Assembly (NCBI GenBank): GCA_016291995.1 | Contig: JAEEZV010000061.1 | Span: forward strand, 1 to 39,214 | DNA from: Bacillales bacterium | GTDB lineage: Bacteria; Bacillota_I; Bacilli_A; RF39; UBA660 | Direction of reading: 5' to 3' | DNA length: 39,214 bases | Shown here: positions 10,596 to 21,056 of the stretch, piece after piece | Position numbering within the stretch: position 1 is the stretch's first letter | Layout: each line of letters begins with the position of its first letter | Notes under the pieces: generated by a model | Told to the model about the DNA's origin: nothing | The model's database searches: none | Seen by the model: the letters and a program-made list of their open reading frames with translations, nothing else | Translations under genes and position numbers: made by a program

Positions 10596-11582
10596 TTACC
10601 TTCCTAAATTCCTATTACAAATTTCTGTTGTCTCTTCCTTCTTGTCCAAAAAGTATACAAGCAAGCCTCTCATAGCTGTCAAACGATTCTCAGCTTCATC
10701 AAAACAAATTGAAACTTTTGGATCGTCCATTACTTCGTCAGTTACCTCTTCACCTCTTGTAGCTGGTAAACAATGCATAAATTTAACATTTGGTGAACAT
10801 TTAGCTAACATTTCATGATTTACCTGATATTTTGGATAGAAAATTTTCATTCTCTCTTCTTTTGGAAGTTCTGATTCATATAATCCATACCATACATCAG
10901 TATAAACAAAATCCGCATCTTTCAATGCTTCGTCAGCATCGTCCGTAATTAAGAAACTACCACCACTGACCTTACAATTCTCTTCAAGGATCTTTAGATA
11001 ATCTCCCTTTAATTGGAAATCCTTAGGACCAAAGTGAACATAATGTCCACCCATTTTTGTAATCATCATACCTAGTGATGCACAAACTTGTGTGCAATCT
11101 CCGACAAACACAACCTTGCAATCTTCAATTGTCTTTCCCGCAGGCATATGTTCAAATATTGTGATAATATCTCCCATTTCCTGAGTTGGATGATTGTAAT
11201 CGCTCATTCCATTTAAAACTGGAACTGTCGAATATTTAGCAAGTTCAACTACTGTTTTATGCTGTTGAACACGAGCCATTATAATGTCAGTAAGTCTAGA
11301 TAACACAATTGAAGTATCTTTCATACTCTCATGCTTACCTAATTGTATCTGACCAGGTGCTAAATACTGTGCATGTCCGCCAAGTTGCGTCATCGCAGTT
11401 TCAAATGAAACCCTAGTTCTTGTAGATGATTGTTCAAAAATCATTCCTAATGTTTTATGATATAAAACATTAAGTGGATATCCAGCTTTAATATTCTTCT
11501 TTATAAGCAAACTTAAATTAAGAATATCTAAAAGCTCCTCCTTAGTAAAATCTTGTGTTGTAATATAATCTTTTTTTCGCAC
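10596..11582 (-). CDS. ptcA: putrescine carbamoyltransferase (OTC-family)
   Basis: 328 aa with a GTG start and AAAGGAG RBS. It has the STRTR and HCLPA motifs. [10 protein letters not shown] and the AgDI gene context favour putrescine over ornithine specificity. Confidence 0.8.
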   Translation of the reverse strand: MRKKDYITTQDFTKEELLDILNLSLLIKKNIKAGYPLNVLYHKTLGMIFEQSSTRTRVSFETAMTQLGGHAQYLAPGQIQLGKHESMKDTSIVLSRLTDIIMARVQQHKTVVELAKYSTVPVLNGMSDYNHPTQEMGDIITIFEHMPAGKTIEDCKVVFVGDCTQVCASLGMMITKMGGHYVHFGPKDFQLKGDYLKILEENCKVSGGSFLITDDADEALKDADFVYTDVWYGLYESELPKEERMKIFYPKYQVNHEMLAKCSPNVKFMHCLPATRGEEVTDEVMDDPKVSICFDEAENRLTAMRGLLVYFLDKKEETTEICNRNLGR

Positions 11583-11682
11583 TACACAACTCCTTTCTTA
11601 GCCAATGTATAGACACACACACTTAGCTATTCTATATAAAAGTTTATCACATTAACTAATTTTTATCAATAAATTAAGATAT

Positions 11683-11712
11683 AAAAAAAGAGAATTTTTA
11701 ACATCTTCTCTT
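11683..11712 (-). terminator. possible terminator after rsmA
   Basis: The minus strand reads AGAGAA-(11-nt loop)-TTCTCT followed by a T-run. The loop is rather large. Confidence 0.4.
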
Positions 11713-11713
11713 C

Positions 11714-12499
11714 CTATTTCATTTCATCAAAAATATTAATAAATTCAGTAACTGATATCTCTTCAGCTCTACTGCTTAAATTATAGCCGTATTTGTTCAA
11801 AACTTTTTCAAGTTTTACTAAATCATATGCCTTTAAATTATTCTTTAAATTCTTTCTTTTAAATTGAAAAGCATTTTTTATAAATTTTTCAAATTCACTT
11901 AAATTTTTATTGCCTAATTTATCATTTTTTACAAGTTCTACAACAGCACTGTCAACATTTGGCATTGGAACAAAGCATTTTCTACTTACTTTAAATAATT
12001 TCTTTATATCGTACTTTGAACCAAGCATAACTGAAATCATACCATATTCCTTACCACCACTTGATGCGGATAATCTGTCTGCAACTTCTTCTTGCACCAT
12101 AATAAGTATCTTATCAGGATATATTTCATTAACTAATTTTTGAATTATTGGCGTTGTAATATAATATGGCAAATTAGCTACAACATATACTTTTTTATAC
12201 TTATATTCTTGCTTAATATTTTTAATATCTTGTTTTAAAAAATCGCCATATATTACTTTATAGTTATTATTAGCACCTAAAGTTTCATCTAATAGCGGAG
12301 CTAATCTTGTATCAATTTCATATAAAAGAGCATAGCCACATAATGGAATTATCTTTTTAGATAAACTACCTGCACCTGGTCCAACCTCAATAACCAACGT
12401 ATCTTTATCAATATTACTATATTTAACAATCTTATCAATGATATTATCATCTTTAATAAAATTTTGTCCCAATGACTTCTTAAATTCAAAGTTTCTCAT
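11714..12499 (-). CDS. rsmA: 16S rRNA (adenine1518/1519-N6)-dimethyltransferase
   Basis: 261 aa with SLGQNFI and the SAM motif VIEVGPGAGSLS. Confidence 0.93.
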   Translation of the reverse strand: MRNFEFKKSLGQNFIKDDNIIDKIVKYSNIDKDTLVIEVGPGAGSLSKKIIPLCGYALLYEIDTRLAPLLDETLGANNNYKVIYGDFLKQDIKNIKQEYKYKKVYVVANLPYYITTPIIQKLVNEIYPDKILIMVQEEVADRLSASSGGKEYGMISVMLGSKYDIKKLFKVSRKCFVPMPNVDSAVVELVKNDKLGNKNLSEFEKFIKNAFQFKRKNLKNNLKAYDLVKLEKVLNKYGYNLSSRAEEISVTEFINIFDEMK

Positions 12500-12563
12500 A
12501 GTAATCCCTCAACTAAATTATAACATATTTTTATTTCAAATAAAAATAGATAGTAAAAACTAT

Positions 12564-13328
12564 CTATTTATAACCATATCTATTTCCACCATAAACAATA
12601 TATTTATCGCTATAACTATTAACCCACCAAGCTCTAAATCCTAAATAATTGTTATTTCTAATTCCATCAAAACCATCTAGAACTGCTTGCTTAGCTATTT
12701 GATATTTACTATTTCCATAATTTTTACCACCAGGCATATATGCAAGATAATAATCTTTAAAATATACTTCAAATTGATTTGGACTAATAACTTGTTTATA
12801 TGGACTACCATTGTTATACCATTTTTTAGAATCACTTCTATTTAATATAACAGAAACAACAGCCAAAGCATCATCCAAATTCTTGTCAAATTCTCCAGCT
12901 ACAACAGCAACTACAACATTAAATTCATATTCATCTAAAGAATATGTTTTGTTTCCTTCCGTAACAACAAATCCCATTGCTGGATTACTTGAATATTTAC
13001 TAGCCTCAACTGAATGAAGTGGAGTTGTAACAATTTCTTCCTTCTTTTCCTCGATTTCTTCTTCCTCTGAAGGAGTAACTTCCGGATCTATAGAAGGTAA
13101 CTCATTTAATGTATCATCTTCTTCGTTCTGTACAGGTTGAACTAATCTTTCATCCTTAAATAACAATGTTACAGAATTTGCTATTTTATTCAAATTAGTA
13201 TTATGTACCATACTAACATGTTTTTCATTACTCATTACTTCATCAGTACTAAGTTTAGTCGTGAAAAAAAATCCTACTGCACCAACGTATACTAAAAACA
13301 TTAGTAAACAAGTAAAAAATCTTTTCAT
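12564..13328 (-). CDS. membrane-anchored cell wall hydrolase, SleB-like (Hydrolase_2) C-terminal domain
   Basis: 254 aa with an N-terminal TM segment and an acidic linker. AVVSVILNRSDSKKW.....YKQVISPNQFEVY resembles the SleB catalytic-domain signature. It occupies the yabE position between tatD and rsmA. Confidence 0.5.
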   Translation of the reverse strand: MKRFFTCLLMFLVYVGAVGFFFTTKLSTDEVMSNEKHVSMVHNTNLNKIANSVTLLFKDERLVQPVQNEEDDTLNELPSIDPEVTPSEEEEIEEKKEEIVTTPLHSVEASKYSSNPAMGFVVTEGNKTYSLDEYEFNVVVAVVAGEFDKNLDDALAVVSVILNRSDSKKWYNNGSPYKQVISPNQFEVYFKDYYLAYMPGGKNYGNSKYQIAKQAVLDGFDGIRNNNYLGFRAWWVNSYSDKYIVYGGNRYGYK

Positions 13329-13380
13329 TTATATCACCTCGCACAAATATTTTAGTAATATAATCGTAGCATATTTTCAC

Positions 13381-14130
13381 CTAAAAGTCAAACAGACTAG
13401 AAGCATTTCTATTGGTAATTTTTTCTACCTCAGATACCGAAATCTCTTTTATTTCAGCTATTTTTTTAGCAATTAATGGAATATTTGCTGGTGTATTTTT
13501 TTCTCCTCTCTTTCCTTCTGGAGGCAAATAAGGAGAATCAGTTTCAAGTAATATATATGATAAATCGATATCTTTTATTACTTCAGCTAATCTTTTAGAA
13601 TTACTATATGTAATAGTACCTCCTACACCTATATAATAACCTTTCTTAACAAATTCCCTAGCCATCTCAACACTTCCACTATAACAATGAATACTTCCTC
13701 TTACATTATACTTAGTAAGAATATCAAATGTATCTTGAATAGCATCCCTACTGTGGACTATTATTGGTTTCTTATATTTTTCTGCTAATTCTAATTGTCT
13801 CTTTAACCACTTTTGTTGCTTATTTTTATCAGTATCATCATAATGATAATCTAAACCAATTTCTCCTATAGCAACAATTTTATCATCATTTAAATGTTTT
13901 TCTAACCAAATTATATCTTCTTCAGTCACTAAAGATAATTCCGTCGGATGAAATCCTATGGCTCCATATACACAGTCATATTTTTTTATTAAATCCAATA
14001 CTTCTAAATTAGATTTCATATCACATCCATTAACAATAATTTTATTAACTCCACTTTTTAAAATTTCATCAATTGTTTTAGAAATATCTTCATAATATTC
14101 TAAAAAAATATGACAATGTGTATCAACCAT
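13381..14130 (-). CDS. tatD: TatD-family metal-dependent DNase/hydrolase
   Basis: 249 aa with an MVDTHCHI start and conserved His/Asp positions. It lies near metG, as yabD does in B. subtilis. Confidence 0.9.
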   Translation of the reverse strand: MVDTHCHIFLEYYEDISKTIDEILKSGVNKIIVNGCDMKSNLEVLDLIKKYDCVYGAIGFHPTELSLVTEEDIIWLEKHLNDDKIVAIGEIGLDYHYDDTDKNKQQKWLKRQLELAEKYKKPIIVHSRDAIQDTFDILTKYNVRGSIHCYSGSVEMAREFVKKGYYIGVGGTITYSNSKRLAEVIKDIDLSYILLETDSPYLPPEGKRGEKNTPANIPLIAKKIAEIKEISVSEVEKITNRNASSLFDF

Positions 14131-14307
14131 TTAATTTCCTTCTTTCACCATGCCAATCATAATGAGTCTTAATCCACTGCATATTATGACAAACATGTAT
14201 ACATAATCTAAAACATCATTATCTGTAATAAGATTATATAAAGTTACTGCAAATAAAAATAATAAATATAATAGTACTGCTAAATTAACATGTTTTTCTT
14301 TTTGCAT
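14131..14307 (-). CDS. small hypothetical two-TM membrane protein
   Basis: The ORF track gives 80 aa. The internal ATG (MQKEKH...) has an AAAGGA RBS 6 nt upstream, so 58 aa is more likely. I recognise no family. Confidence 0.35.
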   Translation of the reverse strand: MQKEKHVNLAVLLYLLFLFAVTLYNLITDNDVLDYVYMFVIICSGLRLIMIGMVKEGN

Positions 14308-14422
14308 TTCTATCCTTTCATTATATACTGCGTAATAAATATAGCAAATAACCTTTCTTTTGTAAATAAACAAGGCTATTATTAATATCTATTTACAATT
14401 TGTGTAAATAAAAAAAGATGTT

Positions 14423-14755
14423 TTATCTTTTACATCTTTTTTTATGGTTTCCATTAAATTTTATTTCTAAGTATTCTTTTGCTAAATATGGCATAGCACT
14501 TTCTTGATATACTCGGTATAGCGCATCTGAAAAAGAATATTCAAATGATTTTGGAACATAATCTTCTTTAGATATTTCTCTAATTAATTCTTCACTTGAT
14601 CTATCTGATACAAGCGTTTCCAAGCATTCCATTTTTTCTTCTTCAGTTCCTTTTATTACACAAGGACAAACCTCTAATACCGTTAAATATTGCTCTATTT
14701 TTTTTAAATCATATTCATATTCAGTAGCCATTCTTTTTAAATTTTCCATATCCAA
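14423..14755 (-). CDS. hypothetical acidic 110-aa protein
   Basis: Intact ORF co-oriented between metG and tatD, with no recognisable motif. Confidence 0.45.
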   Translation of the reverse strand: MDMENLKRMATEYEYDLKKIEQYLTVLEVCPCVIKGTEEEKMECLETLVSDRSSEELIREISKEDYVPKSFEYSFSDALYRVYQESAMPYLAKEYLEIKFNGNHKKRCKR

Positions 14756-14774
14756 TATAATACACTCCCTAAAA

Positions 14775-16307
14775 TTATTTCTCTATTCTCATAAACAAAG
14801 GCTTTGCCTCATTAAGTTTAGTACCATTTTTGTATTTACCAAATTCTTTAGTACTATCATAATCGTTAATATCCGTATTTAATTGACTAAATATACTACT
14901 TGCTGTATCTGGTAAATATGCTTGTAAGTATACAGAGGCTATCCTAATAGATTCAACCAAATTATATAATACTGTAGCTAATCGATCCTTTTTCGTATCA
15001 GCTTTTGCTAATACCCATGGTTCTGTCTCATCAATATATTTATTACATCTACGATAAACATCTAAAATATTTTCAAGTGAATCAGCTATTCTAAATTTAG
15101 AAATATTATCTTCGACTTTACTATTCAAATCCAATACTTCTTTTATTAAATCTTTATCGATTTCTTCAGATACATTTCTATTTTCTATGATGCCATCAAA
15201 ATATTTATTAGCCATACCAATCGTTCTATTTACTAAATTACCTAAAACATTTGCTAAGTTAGTATTGATTGCATCAATTAATAAATCTTCTGTATATGTA
15301 CCATCTGAAGCAAAAGGCATTTCATGAATCATATAAAATCTCACTGCATCAACACCGTATTTATTTACTAAATCATCAGCATATACAATATTACCTTTTG
15401 ACTTGCTCATCTTATCAGTACCAAACAAAAGCCATGGATGACCAAATATACGTTTTGGCATTGGAAGACCCAACGCATGTAACATAATTGGCCAATAAAT
15501 AGTATGAAATCTAAGAATATCCTTACCAATTAAATGAACATCTGCTGGCCAATAGTCTTTAAAAGCTTGACTACTTTCACCATTAGGATTATAACCTAAA
15601 AAAGTAATATAATTTGACAGTGCATCAATCCAAACGTATATAACATGTTTATCATTAAAAGTTACTGGTACACCCCAATTAAAACTAGTTCTAGAAACAC
15701 ATAAATCTTGTAATCCTGGTTTAATAAAATTATTCATAATTTCATTTTTTCTAGATTCTGGTTCAATAAATCCTGGATGCTCTTCAATATATTCTTCTAA
15801 CCATTTTGAATATTTACTCATCTTAAAGAAATATGCCTCTTCACATTCTTCGTGAACTTCTCTTCCACAATCAGGACACTTTCCATCTACTAACTGCGAT
15901 TCTGTCCAAAATGATTCACATGGCGTACAATATAAACCTTTATATTTATCTAAATAAATATCACCTTGTTTATATAATTTTTCAAATATTTCTTGAACAA
16001 TCTTCTTATGTTCCTTATCAGTTGTTCTTACAAATTTTGTATAGCTAGTATTCATTACATCCCAAATCTTTTTAATTTCACTAGCCTTTTCATCAACATA
16101 TTCCTGTGGACTAATATTTGCTTCTTTTGCCTTACCTTCTATCTTTTGTCCATGTTCATCAGTACCAGTTTGAAAATATACATCATATCCACATAGTCTT
16201 TTATATCTTGCAATAACATCCGCTAAAACTACTTCATAAGTATTACCAATATGTGGCTTACTAGATGCATATGCTATTGCTGTACTAATATAATATTTTT
16301 TATCCAT
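14775..16307 (-). CDS. metG: methionyl-tRNA synthetase (short form, no C-terminal tRNA-binding domain)
   Basis: 510 aa with the HIGH-type motif KPHIGNTYE, KMSKS (DKMSKSKGN) and the zinc knuckle CPDCG. Confidence 0.95.
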   Translation of the reverse strand: MDKKYYISTAIAYASSKPHIGNTYEVVLADVIARYKRLCGYDVYFQTGTDEHGQKIEGKAKEANISPQEYVDEKASEIKKIWDVMNTSYTKFVRTTDKEHKKIVQEIFEKLYKQGDIYLDKYKGLYCTPCESFWTESQLVDGKCPDCGREVHEECEEAYFFKMSKYSKWLEEYIEEHPGFIEPESRKNEIMNNFIKPGLQDLCVSRTSFNWGVPVTFNDKHVIYVWIDALSNYITFLGYNPNGESSQAFKDYWPADVHLIGKDILRFHTIYWPIMLHALGLPMPKRIFGHPWLLFGTDKMSKSKGNIVYADDLVNKYGVDAVRFYMIHEMPFASDGTYTEDLLIDAINTNLANVLGNLVNRTIGMANKYFDGIIENRNVSEEIDKDLIKEVLDLNSKVEDNISKFRIADSLENILDVYRRCNKYIDETEPWVLAKADTKKDRLATVLYNLVESIRIASVYLQAYLPDTASSIFSQLNTDINDYDSTKEFGKYKNGTKLNEAKPLFMRIEK

Positions 16308-16321
16308 ATTATCCCTCCTAA

Positions 16322-16545
16322 ATAAAAAAATAAGCTAGCACACTAAGGACGACATTGCCGCGGTACCACCTTATTTTATAATCTAAAATTATACACTCAA
16401 AGCTATAACGTAACTACCGTTTAATAAATTAAATAGCTCCAGAACCATTTATAATAATCTCCTTATCTATTTACACCAACCATAGACTCTCTATAAATTA
16501 TAATTATTACTCATTCCTTCTTCGCATCAAAATCATATTAAGTAT
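16322..16545 (-). promoter_or_regulatory. T-box leader (Met specifier) upstream of metG
   Basis: The minus strand carries the T-box core AAGGTGGTACCGCGG (plus 16359-16370 = CGCGGTACCACC). Stem I elements present are AGAGAG, GGTTGGTGTAAA and the AGTA S-turn. A candidate AUG specifier lies at 16446-16448, and a U7 tract precedes the RBS. Confidence 0.75.
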
Positions 16546-16580
16546 AACATAACTATATCGAAAAAACAATAAAAAAAGGA

Positions 16581-17108
16581 CTAAGATATGAAATAATTAC
16601 CTAGCATATTAGCTAAAATCATTCCTAACTTTTCCTCTTGTTCTAACATTGGATTAATTAATGAAAGAATAATTACCGAACCAATTGAATCACCATTATT
16701 AATAATTGTTGCAAAAGTATAGTAGCCATATTCACTATTCCCTGGACTTATCTCTATTTCACTTTTCTTCCTTAAAGTAAAATTTTCTCTTCTTTCTATC
16801 ATGTTTTCTATATTCTCACTTATCGGTTTATCTAAATATTTCTTTTGTAAATTACCAGATATTGCAACTACTCTATCTGTATCTGTCACTATAACATTAT
16901 ATTTTAGTACCTGATAAAAACTTTCTGCATACAACGTAGCCATATCTATTGCATTCTCTATCTGTGAATATTTTCTTAAATTAATATTTTCTCCATCTAT
17001 TAATATCTCTAAATTATCACCATTTTTTATTCTCAAACTTCTTCTAATTTCCTTAGGAATAACAATTCTTCCAAGTTCATCAATTCTTCTTATTATACCA
17101 GCAGCCAT
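16581..17108 (-). CDS. spoVT: stage V sporulation regulator SpoVT (AbrB-type N-domain)
   Basis: GIIRRIDELGRIVIPKEIRRSLRI SpoVT/AbrB swapped-hairpin motif. The start was moved to the second ATG (MAAG...), which has a GGAGGAG RBS. Confidence 0.9.
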   Translation of the reverse strand: MAAGIIRRIDELGRIVIPKEIRRSLRIKNGDNLEILIDGENINLRKYSQIENAIDMATLYAESFYQVLKYNVIVTDTDRVVAISGNLQKKYLDKPISENIENMIERRENFTLRKKSEIEISPGNSEYGYYTFATIINNGDSIGSVIILSLINPMLEQEEKLGMILANMLGNYFIS

Positions 17109-17154
17109 CTTCTCCTCCATTCATAATTATTATGCTTATTTAATAAATATATAT

Positions 17155-17178
17155 ACAAAAAAAGAGCTATTTGCTCTT
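17155..17178 (-). terminator. intrinsic terminator overlapping the mfd stop codon
   Basis: The minus strand reads AGAGC-AAATA-GCTCT followed by TTTTTTT. Confidence 0.5.
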
Positions 17179-20100
17179 TATTATTTCTTTAACTTTTATT
17201 AGTATAGCTAATAAATACATTAAATAATGCTTTGTAAGTCCTTCTTTTTCAAGAATAATATGAATAGACTTATTCTTGTAATTTAACTTAAAATTATGAT
17301 TAATTTTATATGATTCATAGAATAACTCATCACCCTTAATTTTATTGCTAACTTCACCCGGTAATATTATCTCTACATTTTTAGGATTATCAAATACCTC
17401 TGTAATACCTAATTCCTTAGCCATATGAGAAAACCATTCTTCATACATATATACCGTAATTTCATCATTAATCTTACCAAAACGATCTTCGAGTTCTTCC
17501 TTAACTTTACAAAACTTATCATAACTATCTACTTCATTTATTTTTTTATGAATAAGAATTTTAATATCCTCATCACCAACATAATCAGATGAAATATGTG
17601 TAGTGACATTAAGTAATGGCTTTTCATTCTTAACTTCTTCAGTTTCTTCAGGTACTTCTTCTCCTTTAGATTTACTAATAGCTTCATTTAACATCTTTAA
17701 ATATAAATCTATTCCAACAGTATCAATAAATCCCGATTGTTCTCTACCAAGAATATCTCCAGCACCTCTTATTGATAAATCTCTCATAGCTATTTTAAAA
17801 CCACTACCAAGTTCTGTAAATTCCTTAATAGTATCTAATCTTTTTATCGCTAAATCATTTAAAAACTTATGTTTATCGTACATTAAATAAGCATATCCTA
17901 TTTTATTACTACGTCCTATTCTACCTCTTATTTGATATAGTTGTGATAAACCAAATCTATCGGCATCAATAATAATCAAGGTATTAACATTAGGTATATC
18001 AATACCCGTTTCAATAATGGTTGTACATACCAAAACATTAAACTTTCCATGAATAAACTCATTCATTTTTTTCTCTAGTTGATCTTTAGTCATTTGCCCA
18101 TGAGCAAAATCTATCTTAGCTTCTGGTACTAATCTACTTATCTCCGATACTTTATTTTGTATTTTTTCAACGCTATTATATAGAATAAACACTTGACCAT
18201 TACGTGACAATTCCTTATATATTGCATCCTTTATAACAATATTTGATTCTTCCAAAACATATGTCTGAATTGGATATCGTTCCTTTGGTGGAGTTTCAAT
18301 CAAAGCAAGACTCCTAATACCTGTTAAACTCATTTGAAGTGTTCTAGGTATTGGGGTAGCTGACAAAGTTAAAACATCGACAGTTGCTTTATATTTTTTT
18401 ATTTTTTCCTTATGTGTTACACCAAATCTTTGTTCTTCATCTATGATAAGTAATCCTAAGTCTTTATATTCAATATCATCTGATAAAAGCCTGTGTGTCC
18501 CAAAAATAATATCTATTCTACCGGCTTTCAAATCTTCAAGTATCTGCTTTTGTTTTGATGTATCAACAAATCTGTTGATAAGTGCAATATTAACCGGAAA
18601 TGTTTTAAATCTTTCCTTAGCTGATTCATATTGTTGATTAGATAGAATAGTCGTAGGACATAAATATGCTACCTGTTTTCCATCATTAACAGCTTTAAAT
18701 ATTGCTCTAAAAGCAACTTCCGTCTTACCATAACCAACATCACCACACAAAAGCATATCCATTGGTTCAGGTTTTTCCATTTCCTTTTTGACAAGTTCGA
18801 CAGCTCTAATTTGATCTGGTGTCTCCGTATATACAAACTCACTATCAAATACTGCTTGATTTTCATCGTCTTTACTGTATGCATAACCTGATGTTGATTT
18901 TCTTAAAGCGGATACTTTAATTAAATCACCAGCAATACTCTCTAATTTTTCACGGACTTTGGTTTTCTTCTTTTGCCAACTATCATTAGACAAACTATTT
19001 AACTTTACACCAACACCATCTTTACCAGTAAATTTACTAATTCGATCGATATTTTCAACAGGAATATATAAAACGTCACCATCGGCATATTCTAGTTTCA
19101 AATAATCTTTCTGAAGTCCTGACTTAGTAAGTGTTTCTAGTCCTCTATATATACCTATTCCAAACATTTCATGAACAACATAGTCACCATCATTAATATT
19201 TGTAATAGATTGTACCCTAGTACCAAGTTTATATCTACTCTTATATTTAATTACCTCTTCAGTCTGACCAAGCAAATCGTTTCTACCTAAAACAACATAA
19301 TTATCATAAATAAATCCTTCGTACACATTTTTATTTAATAAATTAATTTTTCCTTTAATTATGTTATTTTCTCTTGCTAAAACAATATCCTCTATCTCTA
19401 AATATTTAACAATTCTCTTAGCGCTCTCTTTATTTGGAATACATAAAATTATCGTATATCCCTTTGATACATAATCTAACAAGTCTTTTTTTATAACATT
19501 ATAGTCTCCGTTATACTTATTAATTTTCGTATAACTATATCTAATACTCTTATGCTTACTATTAATATCATCATCAAAATGATAATAATATATTTCTTTA
19601 CTTCCAGTAATACGCGTAAATTCATGCATGTAATGTGTTTCTAATTCACTTTCATTATCACGATCATATTCAAGTATAGAATCTACCAATAATGAATAAC
19701 TATTAAGTAATGTATTATAGTCAAAATAACATATAATTCCGTTATCTAAATAATCTGATATCATCGATACATCACTTAAATAGTTTGGTAAATATTTTTG
19801 TTTTCTAATTACACTTTCATCATATTTATCTAATACAAACTCAGTAAATGGATAAATTGTTACTTCATCTATTTCTTTCGTAGATAATTGTGTATCTATA
19901 TCAAAATACTTAATTGAATCTATTGTATCTCCCCATAGTTCAATTCTAACAGCACTCTCAAAAGAAGTAGGAAAAATATCGATAACATATCCCCTAACAC
20001 CTATTTTACCTGTGCCATTTACAAGTGACTCTCTCTCGTATCCTAAATTATATAAATCATCTAACAGTTTATCTCTATCTATTTCCATTCCTTTAGACAA

Positions 20101-20481
20101 AGTTATTTTTGATTTTTGCCACAATTTCTTACTTGGCAAATACCTAAGTGATCCCATTAAATTTGTAACAACAATATATTTAGATGAATCACTAAGAACA
20201 TTCAAAGTATTAATTCTTTCCGTTTTAAATTCTGGACTGATTGCTATTGCTTCACTAGTTAAAAAATCATCCATTGGAAAAAATAATACTTTATCAGTAT
20301 AATTAAGCAAAGTTTGATATAACAAATTAGCCACATATGTACTACTAGCAACGACTAAAACACCCTTATTATTTCTAATAAAAGTGTCATAAATATTTAT
20401 ACAAGTAAGTTCATTACTAAGTCCGGTTACATTGTAACAATCCAACTCAGTATTCTTAAATAAATTATCAAAAAAATTCAT
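17167..20481 (-). CDS. mfd: transcription-repair coupling factor
   Basis: 1104 aa with the helicase Walker A GDVGYGKTEVA and the DEEQ box LIIDEEQRFG. The pth-mfd-spoVT synteny fits. Confidence 0.97.
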   Translation of the reverse strand: MNFFDNLFKNTELDCYNVTGLSNELTCINIYDTFIRNNKGVLVVASSTYVANLLYQTLLNYTDKVLFFPMDDFLTSEAIAISPEFKTERINTLNVLSDSSKYIVVTNLMGSLRYLPSKKLWQKSKITLSKGMEIDRDKLLDDLYNLGYERESLVNGTGKIGVRGYVIDIFPTSFESAVRIELWGDTIDSIKYFDIDTQLSTKEIDEVTIYPFTEFVLDKYDESVIRKQKYLPNYLSDVSMISDYLDNGIICYFDYNTLLNSYSLLVDSILEYDRDNESELETHYMHEFTRITGSKEIYYYHFDDDINSKHKSIRYSYTKINKYNGDYNVIKKDLLDYVSKGYTIILCIPNKESAKRIVKYLEIEDIVLARENNIIKGKINLLNKNVYEGFIYDNYVVLGRNDLLGQTEEVIKYKSRYKLGTRVQSITNINDGDYVVHEMFGIGIYRGLETLTKSGLQKDYLKLEYADGDVLYIPVENIDRISKFTGKDGVGVKLNSLSNDSWQKKKTKVREKLESIAGDLIKVSALRKSTSGYAYSKDDENQAVFDSEFVYTETPDQIRAVELVKKEMEKPEPMDMLLCGDVGYGKTEVAFRAIFKAVNDGKQVAYLCPTTILSNQQYESAKERFKTFPVNIALINRFVDTSKQKQILEDLKAGRIDIIFGTHRLLSDDIEYKDLGLLIIDEEQRFGVTHKEKIKKYKATVDVLTLSATPIPRTLQMSLTGIRSLALIETPPKERYPIQTYVLEESNIVIKDAIYKELSRNGQVFILYNSVEKIQNKVSEISRLVPEAKIDFAHGQMTKDQLEKKMNEFIHGKFNVLVCTTIIETGIDIPNVNTLIIIDADRFGLSQLYQIRGRIGRSNKIGYAYLMYDKHKFLNDLAIKRLDTIKEFTELGSGFKIAMRDLSIRGAGDILGREQSGFIDTVGIDLYLKMLNEAISKSKGEEVPEETEEVKNEKPLLNVTTHISSDYVGDEDIKILIHKKINEVDSYDKFCKVKEELEDRFGKINDEITVYMYEEWFSHMAKELGITEVFDNPKNVEIILPGEVSNKIKGDELFYESYKINHNFKLNYKNKSIHIILEKEGLTKHYLMYLLAILIKVKEIIKSK

Positions 20482-20482
20482 G

Positions 20483-21055
20483 CTATCCCTCTTGTATCTT
20501 ATTATTATATTTACCCATTAATAAATCTTTAGGAATGCTAACAAAATCAGTAACCAAATCATTAAGCTTAGTAAAATTATTTTTAATTAATTTTAGTTCA
20601 GTTGTTGAAAATTTACCTAAAACATAGTCCTTAGTATCAATATTCTTATTTTTAGATACCCCTATTTTAAGTCTCATAAATTCCTTACTTTTTAAATTAC
20701 TGATAATATTTTTAATTCCATTATGTCCACCATCACCATGATTATATTGAAGTTTATAACTACCAAGCACCATATCGATATCATCTTGAATAATCAAAAC
20801 ATCTTCAAGATTAATCTTATAAAAACTTACATATTTACGTACCACTTCACCAGACAAATTCATAAATGATAATGGCTTAATAAACAAAACTCTTTGATTA
20901 TCAATTTCTGTTTCATACTCTAATGCATTAAATTTCTTATTTAATGTATATTTTTTACTATCTGTAATAGAATCTAAAAACATATAACCTATATTATGTC
21001 TTGTTTTTTCATATTCCTTTCCTGGATTTCCAAGTCCCACAATTAGCTTCATCAT
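20483..21055 (-). CDS. pth: peptidyl-tRNA hydrolase
   Basis: MMKLIVGLGNPGKEYEKTRHNIGY is a canonical Pth N-terminus. The 229-aa track ORF is an upstream extension overlapping rsmI. The GAGGGGAGA RBS precedes the ATG at 21055. Confidence 0.93.
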   Translation of the reverse strand: MMKLIVGLGNPGKEYEKTRHNIGYMFLDSITDSKKYTLNKKFNALEYETEIDNQRVLFIKPLSFMNLSGEVVRKYVSFYKINLEDVLIIQDDIDMVLGSYKLQYNHGDGGHNGIKNIISNLKSKEFMRLKIGVSKNKNIDTKDYVLGKFSTTELKLIKNNFTKLNDLVTDFVSIPKDLLMGKYNNKIQEG

Positions 21056-21056
21056 A

